A stretch of 64,000 nucleotides of DNA from a candidate division WOR-3 bacterium (GCA_965648905.1 CBFGIT010000001.1:149107-213106), one strand, 5' to 3'; counted from the stretch's first letter, positions 1 through 9,582 are shown. The notes: generated by a model from the letters alone, not told the origin. Made by a program: numbers and translations.

Positions 1-320
1 GGCAGGTTGGCAGCAAGTTGACCGACTGCAACTGCTCCAGCCTGCTCAGGTGCAGTCGGCAATGACGTGTAGCGGTCGAGGATGTCTTTCAGGTCGTCGA
101 ACGAAGCCTGGCACGCGCGCAGGTAGTCGGCAACCGTGCCGATGCCGAGGTTCGGAACCCTGCCCTTCTCAATGTCACCGATCATGTGGTGGCTGCCTTT
201 GCACTCGCGGCCCATCAGGATTGCAACCTGGGCCTGGGTCAGCCCGGCACGCAGGCGCAGTTCGCGCAGCCGCGCGCCAATCTCCTTGGCTGGCTTGAAT
301 GGTTCTTTGGCTCTCGGCAT
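1..320 (-). CDS. XRE-family HTH transcriptional regulator (3' end runs off the window)
   Basis: Not in the ORF track because it has no stop in the window. My translation from ATG at 320: MPRAKEPFKPAKEIGARLRELRLRAGLTQAQVAILMGRECKGSHHMIGDIEKG..., a typical HTH_XRE pattern (G.RLRELR...GLTQ..VA...IE.G). Confidence 0.85.
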   Translation of the reverse strand, partial: MPRAKEPFKPAKEIGARLRELRLRAGLTQAQVAILMGRECKGSHHMIGDIEKGRVPNLGIGTVADYLRACQASFDDLKDILDRYTSLPTAPEQAGAVAVGQLAANL

Positions 321-334
321 CAGCTTTCCAGAAC

Positions 335-369
335 ACACGCATGATAGTAATTACTATCATGCGTGTCAA
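335..369 (-). promoter_or_regulatory. sigma70 promoter embedded in a perfect 32-bp palindrome (putative XRE operator)
   Basis: ACACGCATGATAGTAATTACTATCATGCGTGT (335-366) is its own reverse complement. The minus strand reads TTGACA-17bp-TATCAT, ending 20 nt upstream of the XRE ATG. Confidence 0.8.
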
Positions 370-447
370 CTCACCCGTGCCTGTAAGTCTGCGATTTGCA
401 TGCTGATATGTGAATTGGCCGCGCAGGACTCCCCGGCTCCCCAGAGA

Positions 448-711
448 GTATCGGCAATAACGTTGAACGTGCTTTCGGGCTGAGTTGTACTCCAGGCGTT
501 GCCGCAGGTGTCTTCTGTTATCCTTGGCCGAGTGCTGCCAGAAGTGCTGCCTCGCGTAATAGGCCAGGCAGTCAGCCTGCCATAAGCTGAACCAGCAGCC
601 TGAGCAGTTCTTCCGGCAGTTGAGCAGGCCGATGGTTGCCGGTTCAGGCCTGCGGTTAGCGCTCTTTCCTAACCTGTCTTGCGACCCGTGCTTCGAGCTG
701 TGGAACCAGGG
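448..711. repeat. Degenerate 12-bp-period tandem array (about 22 units), copy 1
   Basis: Cut in 12-mers from 448: gtatcggcaata, acgttgaacgtg ... gtgctgccagaa, gtgctgcctcgc, gtaataggccag, gcagtcagcctg ... gcagttcttccg, gcagttgagcag. G at position 1 in 15/22 units and a pyrimidine at position 2 in 21/22. Confidence 0.7.
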
Positions 712-737
712 TCAAGCTACGGCTGCGCTGGCCCGGG

Positions 738-2351
738 CTATTCGGCTAGAATCGCCTTGGCAGCAGAGGAAGCAGGGCCATCAACAAGCCGGAACAGGTA
801 AATCCCGGCGCCGCACCGGTGGCCCTGTTCGTCAAAGCCGTCCCAGACGACCCGGTCAGTCGCTGCGAGCGTGCGTACGAGGTTGCCCGCGGCATCGTAG
901 ACTTGAAGTCGCGCTGCCGGAGTGCGCAGAGGCGTAAACTCGGCCACAAACGGCGGCGTGCCGATGGTGGGCGTGACACGCTTGAGCCGGGCCGGCGTCC
1001 GAGGTGCAACTGGTTCGCTTGCACCAGTGGCAGTGTGCGCACCGGCGAGTCTGGCAATGGTCGCGACCGCGGTCTTGACAACTTCGGTTGCCATCGGCAG
1101 GTTGTTGGTCCCGCAGTTGGTGTAGTAGAGCGGGCCGATGGTGTCGCCGATGGTATGGTACATCGGGGTGAAGTCCCGCTCAATCCCGCAGAAGGCAACA
1201 TAGCCGCGCTGCCAGAATGAATGATGGTCAGAGTAAGGCGCGTAGCTCACCATTGACTTCAGGGTCTTGAGCTGGGCAAAGGTGTCGGCCTGGGCGATGA
1301 AGTAGTCGACAAGCCATTCGCAGTTCGGGTTGGAGCGTTTGCCGATGACCTCAAAGGTGTCCAGGTACTGCCGGCCATAGGAAATCATGTCGAAGTTGAG
1401 CACGGCCTGAATCGAGTCGCCGCGACGATAGCAGCGGGCGGCAAAGCTGTCTGAGCCGTAAAGGCCCTGTTCTTCGCCCGCGAATCCGATGAACCAGACC
1501 GTATGGTCGAACTCGATGTCGGCAAAAACCCGGGCCGCCTCGAGCACTGCAGCCGCACCTGAGCCGTTGTCGTCTGAGCCCGGGCAGCGGTTCGGCGCGT
1601 AGTCAGAAGTGTTGTCAACGTGGCCGCAGATGATGTAGATGCGCCGGGGGTTGAGTCGGCCGCGTTTGACGCCGATGGCATTTGGTGCGTAGTTGGAGCG
1701 GAAAGGTTCGAGTGCGGTCGAGTCGCAGTTGTACTCTATGAACCGGTCGCGCATCCATTCCATGGCCCGACGGCAGGAGTCAGTGGTCGAGTAGCGGGTG
1801 TAGAACGCGACCAGGCGTTCGATGTTGCTCCGGAACGAGTCCTGGCTGACACGGTTGACGAGGTTCTGGACCAGCGAGTCGGTGACCTTGGGCAGGCTGG
1901 GTTGGGTCTGACGAGAGCCGGAAAAAACCATCGGTTCCTGCGAAACCCGGCACAGTTCGACCGGCAGTTGGTTGAGCTGGAGGATATTCTCCTCGGTTGT
2001 GGCTAGGAGAACACCGTGGTTATCCTGAGTCAGTATCCGGCCGTGCTCTGCCAGCATAGTCCGGTCAAAGCCGGGCCTGGGCGTGACGTAGACGTAACAC
2101 TCGGCAGAAGGACGAAGGTCGAAGGACGAAGGTCGAAACTGGTCGAGCAGTGCGACGCCGGTGCTGACAGACTTGAGTGCTTCTTCGGGCGCACGCACCA
2201 GGCACCAGTTGTCGAGTTCCAGAAGGACATCAGCCCCAAGCCTGGTCAGAGCTTCGGGGTTCATGCCGTCAACCCGGGCAAGCCAGTTCGGGCCAGCAAA
2301 TGCCGGCAGGGCAGTGAGACAGACCGCAATCAGCAAGCAGGCAGATTTCAA
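738..2351 (-). CDS. Secreted M28-family Zn peptidase with C-terminal FlgD-Ig/T9SS-like sorting domain
   Basis: Signal peptide; motifs GHVD, GSDDNGSG, GEEQGL, NFDM, SDH, YHT; C-terminus YDAAGNLVRTL..WDGFDEQG..GIYL. TTG start at 2351 after RBS AAAGGA. Confidence 0.88.
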   Translation of the reverse strand: MKSACLLIAVCLTALPAFAGPNWLARVDGMNPEALTRLGADVLLELDNWCLVRAPEEALKSVSTGVALLDQFRPSSFDLRPSAECYVYVTPRPGFDRTMLAEHGRILTQDNHGVLLATTEENILQLNQLPVELCRVSQEPMVFSGSRQTQPSLPKVTDSLVQNLVNRVSQDSFRSNIERLVAFYTRYSTTDSCRRAMEWMRDRFIEYNCDSTALEPFRSNYAPNAIGVKRGRLNPRRIYIICGHVDNTSDYAPNRCPGSDDNGSGAAAVLEAARVFADIEFDHTVWFIGFAGEEQGLYGSDSFAARCYRRGDSIQAVLNFDMISYGRQYLDTFEVIGKRSNPNCEWLVDYFIAQADTFAQLKTLKSMVSYAPYSDHHSFWQRGYVAFCGIERDFTPMYHTIGDTIGPLYYTNCGTNNLPMATEVVKTAVATIARLAGAHTATGASEPVAPRTPARLKRVTPTIGTPPFVAEFTPLRTPAARLQVYDAAGNLVRTLAATDRVVWDGFDEQGHRCGAGIYLFRLVDGPASSAAKAILAE

Positions 2352-2426
2352 GGTTGGATTCCTTTCAGGTATCAGGAGTAATGATACCAGCCCCAAGCCC
2401 GGTCGTCAAAACAGCGGCCGGGCTGG

Positions 2427-3890
2427 TCAGTCGGAGAGCTTGAGCAAGACGAGGGCTGAAGCCTCGGTCTCCGGGCTGTGCGCGACGTAGACGCCAGCCG
2501 GCACAGGCCGTCCGCTCTTGTCGCAGCCGTCCCACTCAACGCAATCGTAACTCAACGGTTTGAGTATGCGCAGGACCCGGCCATCTGCGCCGGTGATTGT
2601 AATCGCACCGTTATCGCGTGTGCCGGAGAGGGTCGTCTTCCGGCTGAACGGGTTGGGCCAGGAGTGCAACCGACCAGCCCTGCTGGCCGTGCCGGCTTCG
2701 GCGACGTCGGTGCTGCCGACATAGAAGCTGTCCTGGGCCGTTGTCACCTGATTCATGCCGTCGCTGAACCGGAAAGAGAATCGGTGCCAGCCTGGGCTGA
2801 ACTTGGCAAGCTCGCGCCCGAACCGGACTCCGGCCTCGTAGCGGTGGCTTGCCGGCACAAGGTAGTATGGATTGCCGTCGACAAGCAGACCACGCTCGGT
2901 CGGCAGGTTGGAGTCAACATCGGTGTAGGTGACCGTGAAGACGAAATATGTGCTGGGTGAGCCAGAGCGCGGGTTCACGTGCGGGTCGGTCAGTGTCGGA
3001 CCGCGGTTCTGACCGATAGCAAACGACGGCGTGCGCGTGGCGTAGTAGTTCGCCGGCGCAGTGGTGTCGCGCAGGGCCGCACCGCCGATGGGATAGATAG
3101 CCTGGGTGTTGGCCGCGACCGAAAGAAATCCCGACGTGTTGGGCCAGGGCCCGAACTTCGGATGACCGACCATGTCGCTTGCGTCGCAGCGTAAATGGAG
3201 CCGGTTGCCGCTGGTCGAAGCATCGGCATTGCCGATACGCTCGTAGCTCGCTGCGTACCGGTTGATGAGATAGAGCCCGGTGGTGAACACGCCCGGTACG
3301 TTGGCGTAACTGAGCGAGAAGGCATAGGTGTCGGTCGGTGCCTCCGGATTCACAAAGCCGATGGAGTAGATGAACCACGGCTGCGGAAAGGTGTAGAGCG
3401 GCCAGCTTGTGTGGTTGTTCGTGAGCGAGCCGTAGAACTTGTTTCCTGAGTAGCCGACCCATGCGCCGGTCAGGTCGACCCAGTTGCCTTCCGGGTCGAT
3501 GGCGTCGCCGGTCGGGTCATTGGCCGCAAGCGCCAGAAGATTCATGCCCGGCGGCCAGGTATTAGTTGAGTTGTACGGGCTCTGGGTAGCGATGTTGGCC
3601 GCGCTGAGACCGCGCAGATAGTACCAGACCGTGCCCGAACTGCCGACCGCAAAGGTAGCCACGTGCGTGCTCTCATAGCCCGGGTCGGCCATGCGCGACA
3701 TCGGCAGCTCAATCCAGCTTGCCTGGTTGTCGGTCGAGTAGAACAGACGTCCGACTGACAGGTCCTGGCCCGACGTGGCGATCTCACCGTTCACAGTCAC
3801 ATGTCCGCCTGCGGCCGGCGCAGAGTTGCAGACATCGGTCAAAGTCGGCGTGGCCGAAGCGAGGAGAAGCACGACCGCGAACGCGCTCAT
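2427..3890 (-). CDS. Secreted beta-rich hypothetical protein with C-terminal FlgD-Ig/T9SS-like domain
   Basis: Signal peptide, 487-aa ORF, C-terminus PNPFS...DGRVLRIL...WDGCDKSGRPVPAGVY. Start overlaps the stop region of the upstream gene. Confidence 0.8.
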   Translation of the reverse strand: MSAFAVVLLLASATPTLTDVCNSAPAAGGHVTVNGEIATSGQDLSVGRLFYSTDNQASWIELPMSRMADPGYESTHVATFAVGSSGTVWYYLRGLSAANIATQSPYNSTNTWPPGMNLLALAANDPTGDAIDPEGNWVDLTGAWVGYSGNKFYGSLTNNHTSWPLYTFPQPWFIYSIGFVNPEAPTDTYAFSLSYANVPGVFTTGLYLINRYAASYERIGNADASTSGNRLHLRCDASDMVGHPKFGPWPNTSGFLSVAANTQAIYPIGGAALRDTTAPANYYATRTPSFAIGQNRGPTLTDPHVNPRSGSPSTYFVFTVTYTDVDSNLPTERGLLVDGNPYYLVPASHRYEAGVRFGRELAKFSPGWHRFSFRFSDGMNQVTTAQDSFYVGSTDVAEAGTASRAGRLHSWPNPFSRKTTLSGTRDNGAITITGADGRVLRILKPLSYDCVEWDGCDKSGRPVPAGVYVAHSPETEASALVLLKLSD

Positions 3891-3893
3891 GCG

Positions 3894-5456
3894 CTAGTCC
3901 ACAAGCACGAGTTTTGCTGTGCCTTCCGGAGAAGTGCCAGCCCGGCGGACGAAGTACAGGCCGGGCCCAAGCCGCCCGGACGACTGTCGAACCAGTTGGC
4001 CGCTGGCATCGTAAACTTGAACCTGAGTTCCAGATGGTGCGGTAATGCCGAGCCGGCTGCGGCTGACGGTCGGGCCAACCCCAGGCCACAGGCGTGCGGC
4101 GGAGGGCATAGCGCGCTCTCCTGCCCCGACCAACTGATGCGCACCGGCAAGCTTGGCAATGGTGGCGACTGTGGCTTTGACGACTTCAGTGTACATCGGC
4201 AAATTGTTGGTGCCGCAGTCAACATAGTGGAACGGGCCGATGGTATCGCCGGTCGTGTGGTACTTGGGCGTGCGGTCGTGGTACCTTCCCCGAATCGCAA
4301 GATAGCCATAGCGCCAGAACGAGGCGTGGTCCGAGTTGGCGGTGTTGAGCATGGTATCCTTTGCCTTGAGCTCGGTGAAGGTGTCGGCCAGGGCAAGGAA
4401 GTAGAGCGCCATGTTCCGGGTCTCAGGCAGGTTCGAGGTCCAGACCACGGTAATCGAGTCGTCGCGGCCGTAGGAGACCATGTCGAAGTTGATGGCAAGT
4501 GCAATCGAGTCGCCGCGCTGGCGGCAGGCGTAGACAAAGCTGTCCGACCCGACCAAACCCTGTTCTTCGCCTGAGAACCCGAGGAACCAGACCGTGTTCT
4601 CGAACTCGATATCGGCGCAGACCCGGGCAACCTCAAGCACTGTGCCCATGCCTGAGGCATTATCGTCTGAGCCGGGCGCATAGCCGGAAGGGGCGAGTTC
4701 CGATGTATTATCGATGTGGCCGCTGACAACGTAGATGCGGTTCGGGTTGACCGTGCCGCGCTTGACTCCGATGACGTTCGGTGCGTAGTTCGCCCGGAAC
4801 GTGTGCAGGGCGGTCGAGTCGCAGTTGTACTCTTCAAGCCGGGCGCGTACCCAGTTGGCTGCGCTGCGGCAGGAGTCGGTGGTTGAATAGCGGGTGAAGA
4901 ACGCGATGAGCCGACGCAGGAACGCCTCAAGCGTATCCTGGCTGACGCGACTGACCAAGGTCCAGACCAGACTGTCATCGACAACGCAGGGTTCGGGTTG
5001 CCGGAGCTGGCTGAAAACCATTGGCCGCATCGGAATGCGGCAAAGTTCGACCGGCAGTTGGTTGAGGCTCGTGATACCGTCTTCGGTTGTGCGCAGGAGT
5101 ACGCCGGACTGGTCTCGGGCCAGCACATCGCCCCAGCCGGCCAGCGCGTCCTGGTCAATGCCGCGGTCGCTGCTGACGTAGACGTAGCACCGGGCAGAAG
5201 GACGAAGGTCGAAGTCCGAAGGTCTAAGCTGGTCAAGCTGCTCGACAATGAAGCCACGGGCCAGACTCGCCGGCGTGGCCGTCCCGACTCTCGCGATGCA
5301 GCCGTCGCCAAGCAGGAAGAGCACGTCAGCACCAGCCTGGGCAACGTCGGCCGGGGTCTGGCTCGGCCCAAGCCGGATACGAACCAGCAGGTCGTCGGCC
5401 CCAGCCAGAGCGCCCCACAGGCAGAACACGGTTATCGCCATCCTCATTGGCTTCAT
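3894..5456 (-). CDS. Secreted M28-family peptidase, paralog of 738..2351
   Basis: GHID, GSDDNASG, GEEQGL, NFDM, SDH, YHT. Shares TRYSTTDSCR and CGTNNLPM with the paralog and has a shortened CTD (YDASGQLVR..PGLYFV). Confidence 0.88.
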   Translation of the reverse strand: MKPMRMAITVFCLWGALAGADDLLVRIRLGPSQTPADVAQAGADVLFLLGDGCIARVGTATPASLARGFIVEQLDQLRPSDFDLRPSARCYVYVSSDRGIDQDALAGWGDVLARDQSGVLLRTTEDGITSLNQLPVELCRIPMRPMVFSQLRQPEPCVVDDSLVWTLVSRVSQDTLEAFLRRLIAFFTRYSTTDSCRSAANWVRARLEEYNCDSTALHTFRANYAPNVIGVKRGTVNPNRIYVVSGHIDNTSELAPSGYAPGSDDNASGMGTVLEVARVCADIEFENTVWFLGFSGEEQGLVGSDSFVYACRQRGDSIALAINFDMVSYGRDDSITVVWTSNLPETRNMALYFLALADTFTELKAKDTMLNTANSDHASFWRYGYLAIRGRYHDRTPKYHTTGDTIGPFHYVDCGTNNLPMYTEVVKATVATIAKLAGAHQLVGAGERAMPSAARLWPGVGPTVSRSRLGITAPSGTQVQVYDASGQLVRQSSGRLGPGLYFVRRAGTSPEGTAKLVLVD

Positions 5457-5742
5457 GGCACAAGATGGTAGGCGCTTTGATGTGCCGTGTCAACGTGCGC
5501 TCCGGGTCGTGCTTGCATTGCCGGCTTGCTCAGGTATGATACCGCCACGCTGTCAATGCACTGTTCCTGATTATGGCCAGACACATCACCGACCTGATTC
5601 GGCGCCGGCTTCTGGTCTTGTTCGAAGTCACCCCGCCGAGAAAACGGCACACCATTGACAAGGCACATGTTGCCAAGGAACTGCAACCGGTGTACACTGA
5701 AGAGTCTTCCATGCAAGAGATGCTATCACAGGACTGGAGATA

Positions 5743-6480
5743 ATGAAAAGAATAACCCGCAAGAAGTCCGCATACCGAACCAGCCGTGCCTTGGGCGCCT
5801 CAGCCATCTTCCGTGGCACGAAGATTGAGCGCGCCGGGGGCGAGCGGCTCTGGCAGCATGTTGACCTTCAAGCCGTCGTGGTTCGACACTGGAAGCTGCT
5901 CAAGTCCAGCGCACCCGCGGCTCAGATAAGGAGAGCGCAGCAGATGGCCCTGACCCTGATCCGGCACCACAACAAGCGCGGCATCTGGCACGGCGAGTAC
6001 GTCTACGGCATCTTCCTCGGCCGGGCAACACCCAAGGCGCTTACCCTGCTCCACCCGGGCTCTGAACAGGAAATGGCACAACTTAAGCTCTCGTCCGGGC
6101 TACTGCGCCGTCTGCGCGGCCGCTTCGACGACGAGCCGTTCCATGCCGCCCTGCTGGTTGCGACCATCGGGCCCTATGTGACTCAGGAAGTCAACCGGTT
6201 GACCGCAACCGGCCAGGTTGCCGATGCGTTCTTCCTGCACGGCCTGGCTGCGGAGATGGTTGAAGGCCTTGCCCGGTTCTGCCAGGCGCAGATGCCGGAG
6301 TTTCCGGACTGGGCCCGGGCGGTGCGTTACGGCCCGGGGTCTGAGGTCTGGCCCGGGCTTGACGAGCAGCGCACCGTGTTCGAGGTGCTGATGGCCGAGC
6401 GGATCGGCGTCGAACTGACCAAGACGTGGCAGATTGTGCCCGAGCACTCCTTGAGCGCCATCGTCCTGCCCGCGGTCTAG
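5743..6480 (+). CDS. Stand-alone B12-dependent methionine synthase activation-domain-like protein
   Basis: ATIG, LHGLAAEMVEGLA, RYGPG, Q..VF..L..ERIGVELT...IVPEHSLSAI match the MetH C-terminal reactivation domain. RBS GGAG upstream. Confidence 0.7.
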   Translation: MKRITRKKSAYRTSRALGASAIFRGTKIERAGGERLWQHVDLQAVVVRHWKLLKSSAPAAQIRRAQQMALTLIRHHNKRGIWHGEYVYGIFLGRATPKALTLLHPGSEQEMAQLKLSSGLLRRLRGRFDDEPFHAALLVATIGPYVTQEVNRLTATGQVADAFFLHGLAAEMVEGLARFCQAQMPEFPDWARAVRYGPGSEVWPGLDEQRTVFEVLMAERIGVELTKTWQIVPEHSLSAIVLPAV

Positions 6481-6523
6481 CCGCCGGTCGCACCGCAGAA
6501 TCAGCCCTGACCGCGATAACTTG

Positions 6524-6552
6524 TTGACAGGGCTGTCGGTTGCGGCTATAAT
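6524..6552 (+). promoter_or_regulatory. Consensus sigma70 promoter of the polysaccharide operon
   Basis: TTGACA (6524)-17 bp-TATAAT (6547), exact consensus. Confidence 0.8.
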
Positions 6553-6689
6553 AAAACTGCGTCAGATTCAGGCTCCCGGCAGAGGAGCTTCCCGGCAGTA
6601 AGACCCTTTTGACAAACTGACCACCGCGATGCGGCAGTAGTGTCCGCATGGTCTGCGGCCGCGTGGCCGCAAAAACTTGGAGGAATGGT

Positions 6690-8426
6690 TTGCCGTACTC
6701 GTCCGGGGGAGAGAAGTCTGCCGGGGCAGAACTGCCCCAGCTCGAAGTCCAGAGACAATCATCCGCCGTCACCCGCCAGCAGTCGGTTGCCGTCATCGGC
6801 ACCGGCTACTGGGGAAAGAACCTGGTCCGGGTGTTCAACCGGCTCGGAGCTTTGCGCGCGGTCTGCGACCGTGAACCGGGCCGGCTGACCGGGCTCGCAA
6901 CCGGGCCAGACGTGGCACGACTAGACGACCCAGAACAGGTGCTTGCTGACCCGGCAATCGAACGGGTGGTGATTGCCACTCCGGCCAGCACCCACTATGA
7001 GCTCTGCCGCAAAGCGCTCACCTCGGGCAAAGACGTATTCGTCGAGAAACCGCTGGCCCTGACAGTGCGCGAAGGGGCTGAGCTGGTCGAGCTGGCCGAG
7101 CAGACCGGCCTGATACTTATGGTCGGTCATATCCTCAGATATCATCCGGCGGTGCTCAGGCTGAAGGAGATGATTGACCGCGGCGAGCTGGGCCGGGTCG
7201 AGTACATCTACTCGAACCGGCTCAACCTGGGCAAGCTGCGTACCGAAGAGAACATCCTCTGGAGCTTCGCACCCCATGACATCTCGGTGATCCTCGCGCT
7301 GGCCGGCAGCCTGCCCGAGGCAGTGTCATCCCACGGCGAGGCGATTCTCCAGCGTTCCATCTTCGACGTCACCCTCACCTCGCTCCAGTTTTCTTCCGAT
7401 ATCCACGCCCACACCTTTGTGTCGTGGTTACATCCATTCAAAGAGCAACGCCTGGTCGTGGTTGGAAGCGAGCAGATGGCGGTGTTTGAGGATTCGGCGT
7501 CTTCGGACAAGCTGACGGTCTATCCGCACCGGGTCGAGTGGCACTCGGGTCGAGTCCCGGTCGCAGTCAAAGGCGAACGCCGGGTCGTGCCGGTCCCGGC
7601 CGAAGAACCGCTGGAGAATGAGTGCTGCCACTTCCTCGAAAGCTGCGCTACCCGGATTCCGCCCCGAACCGACGGGTACGAAGGTCTGGCCGTGCTCCAG
7701 GTCCTGGCTGCGGCTGAAGAGTCGCTCCGGTCCGGTGGCAAGGTTGTGGCCTGCGACCGCAAATGCGAACAACGTGCGCAGGTCAGAATGCAGAATGGCG
7801 AACGGCGAATGGCGAACGGCGAAAAGCAAGCTTATGTCCACCCGACCGCAATCATCGACCAGGACGTTGAACTCGGAGCCGGTACCAAAGTCTGGCACTG
7901 GACCCATGTCTCCAAAGGAGCCCGCATCGGCCAGAACTGCGTCTTCGGTCAGAATGTCTTTGTCGCCGATAACGTCACGGTCTGCGACAACTGCAAGGTG
8001 CAGAACAATGTATCGCTCTATAAAGGTGTCGTATTAGAACAAGATGTGTTCTGCGGCCCGTCGTGTGTGTTCACGAATGTGCTTGACCCACGGGCCTTCA
8101 TCGAAAAGAAGTCAGAGTTCCGGCCTACGCTTGTTCGTCGCGGGGCATCGATTGGTGCAAATGCGACCGTAGTCTGCGGTCACACTTTGGGTGAGTACTG
8201 TCTGGTTGCCGCGGGCGCAGTCGTGACCAAGGACGTACCGGCCCATGCGCTGGTCGCCGGTGTGCCGGCCAAAGTGATAGGCTGGGTCTGCCGTTGCGGC
8301 GCCCGGCTGGCGTTTGAGCCTCAGCCCGGGACCACTCAACATGCTCGATGCGGGACCTGCGGCGAACGCTACACCCGGGACGAGAGCGGAACCGTGAAGA
8401 ACGAGAAACAGGAAGAGGTGGCGTGA
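6690..8426 (+). CDS. Fused Gfo/Idh/MocA dehydrogenase (WlbA/WbpB-like) and hexapeptide N-acetyltransferase (WlbB/WbpD-like)
   Basis: N-terminal VAVIGTGYWGKNL, EKP and GHILRYHP. C-terminal HPTAIID..IGAGTKVWH..QNNVSLY..CGPSCVFTN..GWVCRCG. TTG start at 6690 after GGAGG. Confidence 0.88.
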   Translation: MPYSSGGEKSAGAELPQLEVQRQSSAVTRQQSVAVIGTGYWGKNLVRVFNRLGALRAVCDREPGRLTGLATGPDVARLDDPEQVLADPAIERVVIATPASTHYELCRKALTSGKDVFVEKPLALTVREGAELVELAEQTGLILMVGHILRYHPAVLRLKEMIDRGELGRVEYIYSNRLNLGKLRTEENILWSFAPHDISVILALAGSLPEAVSSHGEAILQRSIFDVTLTSLQFSSDIHAHTFVSWLHPFKEQRLVVVGSEQMAVFEDSASSDKLTVYPHRVEWHSGRVPVAVKGERRVVPVPAEEPLENECCHFLESCATRIPPRTDGYEGLAVLQVLAAAEESLRSGGKVVACDRKCEQRAQVRMQNGERRMANGEKQAYVHPTAIIDQDVELGAGTKVWHWTHVSKGARIGQNCVFGQNVFVADNVTVCDNCKVQNNVSLYKGVVLEQDVFCGPSCVFTNVLDPRAFIEKKSEFRPTLVRRGASIGANATVVCGHTLGEYCLVAAGAVVTKDVPAHALVAGVPAKVIGWVCRCGARLAFEPQPGTTQHARCGTCGERYTRDESGTVKNEKQEEVA

Positions 8427-9547
8427 TGATCCCGATGCTTGACCTGAAGCGTGAGTATGAGTTCATGAAGCAGGATATCGATGCAGCTCTGAGCCGGGCC
8501 ATGGAGCACCAAGCCTGGATTATGGGGCCTGAGGTGAAGGAGCTGGAGACTAAGGTTGCCGAGTACATCGGCACCCGCTTCGCCCTGGGTTGTGCGTCAG
8601 GAACCGATGCATTGGTCCTGGCCCTGCGTGCGCTGGCGCATGTTCGACACGGCAAGGAGTACTTCAGCCGCGAGGACGAGGTCATCACCACTTCGTTCAC
8701 GTTCACCGCGACCGGCGATGCCATCATCCGGGCGGGCGCGACTCCGGTGTTCGTGGACATCGAGCCCGGAACTTTCAATCTGGACCCGGCTCTGGTGCGC
8801 GCCGCAATCACCCCCCGTACAGTCGGAATCGTCCCGGTCCATCTCTACGGTCAGGCCTGTCGGATGGATGAAGTGATGGCGATTGCCCGTGAACACAGGC
8901 TGTTTGTGGTTGAGGATGTGGCCCAGGCATTTGGCGCCAGCCTCGCCGGCACAAAATGCGGAGCCTGGGGTGATTGCGGTGCATTCAGCTTTTTCCCGTC
9001 AAAGAACCTGGGCGGGTTCGGCGACGCCGGCATGGTCACGACCAGTGACCCGGCTCTGGCCGCAATGGTCGACATGCTCCGCCGGCACGGGGGCAAGGAC
9101 AAGTACAACGTCGACCATCTGGGCTACAACAGCCGGCTGGACACACTCCAGGCCGCGGTTCTCCTTGCCAAACTGAAGCACCTTGACACGTTCAACAGTC
9201 TGCGCCGGCGGATTGCCGGCCACTACTCACAGGCCTTCACTTCGCTTTCGGGTATTACCATTCCAACTGCCTGCAACGGGAATCATGTGTTCCACCAGTA
9301 TACCATCCGCTCCCGCAGCCGCGACCGCCTCGCCGAAGAACTGAAGAAACGCGGGGTCGCGACCATGGTCTACTACCCCGTGCCCCTGCATCAGATGAAG
9401 GTCTTTGCCGGCCGCTCCTGCACCCCCGCCCCGCTCGAGCATTCGGAAGAAGCCTCCCGGGAAGTCCTCAGCCTGCCGATTGAGCCGCTACTCTCCGACA
9501 AGGAGCTCGCACTGATTGTGACCGCAGTAACCGAGGCGGCCACGTGA
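8426..9547 (+). CDS. DegT/DnrJ/EryC1 aminotransferase (WlbC/WbpE-like)
   Basis: MIPMLDL, SGTDAL, VHLYGQ, EDVAQAFGA, SFFPSKNLGGFGDAG, NSRLD. Confidence 0.92.
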   Translation: MIPMLDLKREYEFMKQDIDAALSRAMEHQAWIMGPEVKELETKVAEYIGTRFALGCASGTDALVLALRALAHVRHGKEYFSREDEVITTSFTFTATGDAIIRAGATPVFVDIEPGTFNLDPALVRAAITPRTVGIVPVHLYGQACRMDEVMAIAREHRLFVVEDVAQAFGASLAGTKCGAWGDCGAFSFFPSKNLGGFGDAGMVTTSDPALAAMVDMLRRHGGKDKYNVDHLGYNSRLDTLQAAVLLAKLKHLDTFNSLRRRIAGHYSQAFTSLSGITIPTACNGNHVFHQYTIRSRSRDRLAEELKKRGVATMVYYPVPLHQMKVFAGRSCTPAPLEHSEEASREVLSLPIEPLLSDKELALIVTAVTEAAT

Positions 9548-9582
9548 AAGGGGAAGGACAGCGGCAAAAGGCAGAATAGAGA

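Noticed and set aside
6630..6645. ops/JUMPstart-like element GGCAGTAGTGT in the polysaccharide leader
   Set aside because: It mismatches the GGCGGTAG core, no RfaH/UpxY gene is in the window, and a chance match is plausible.
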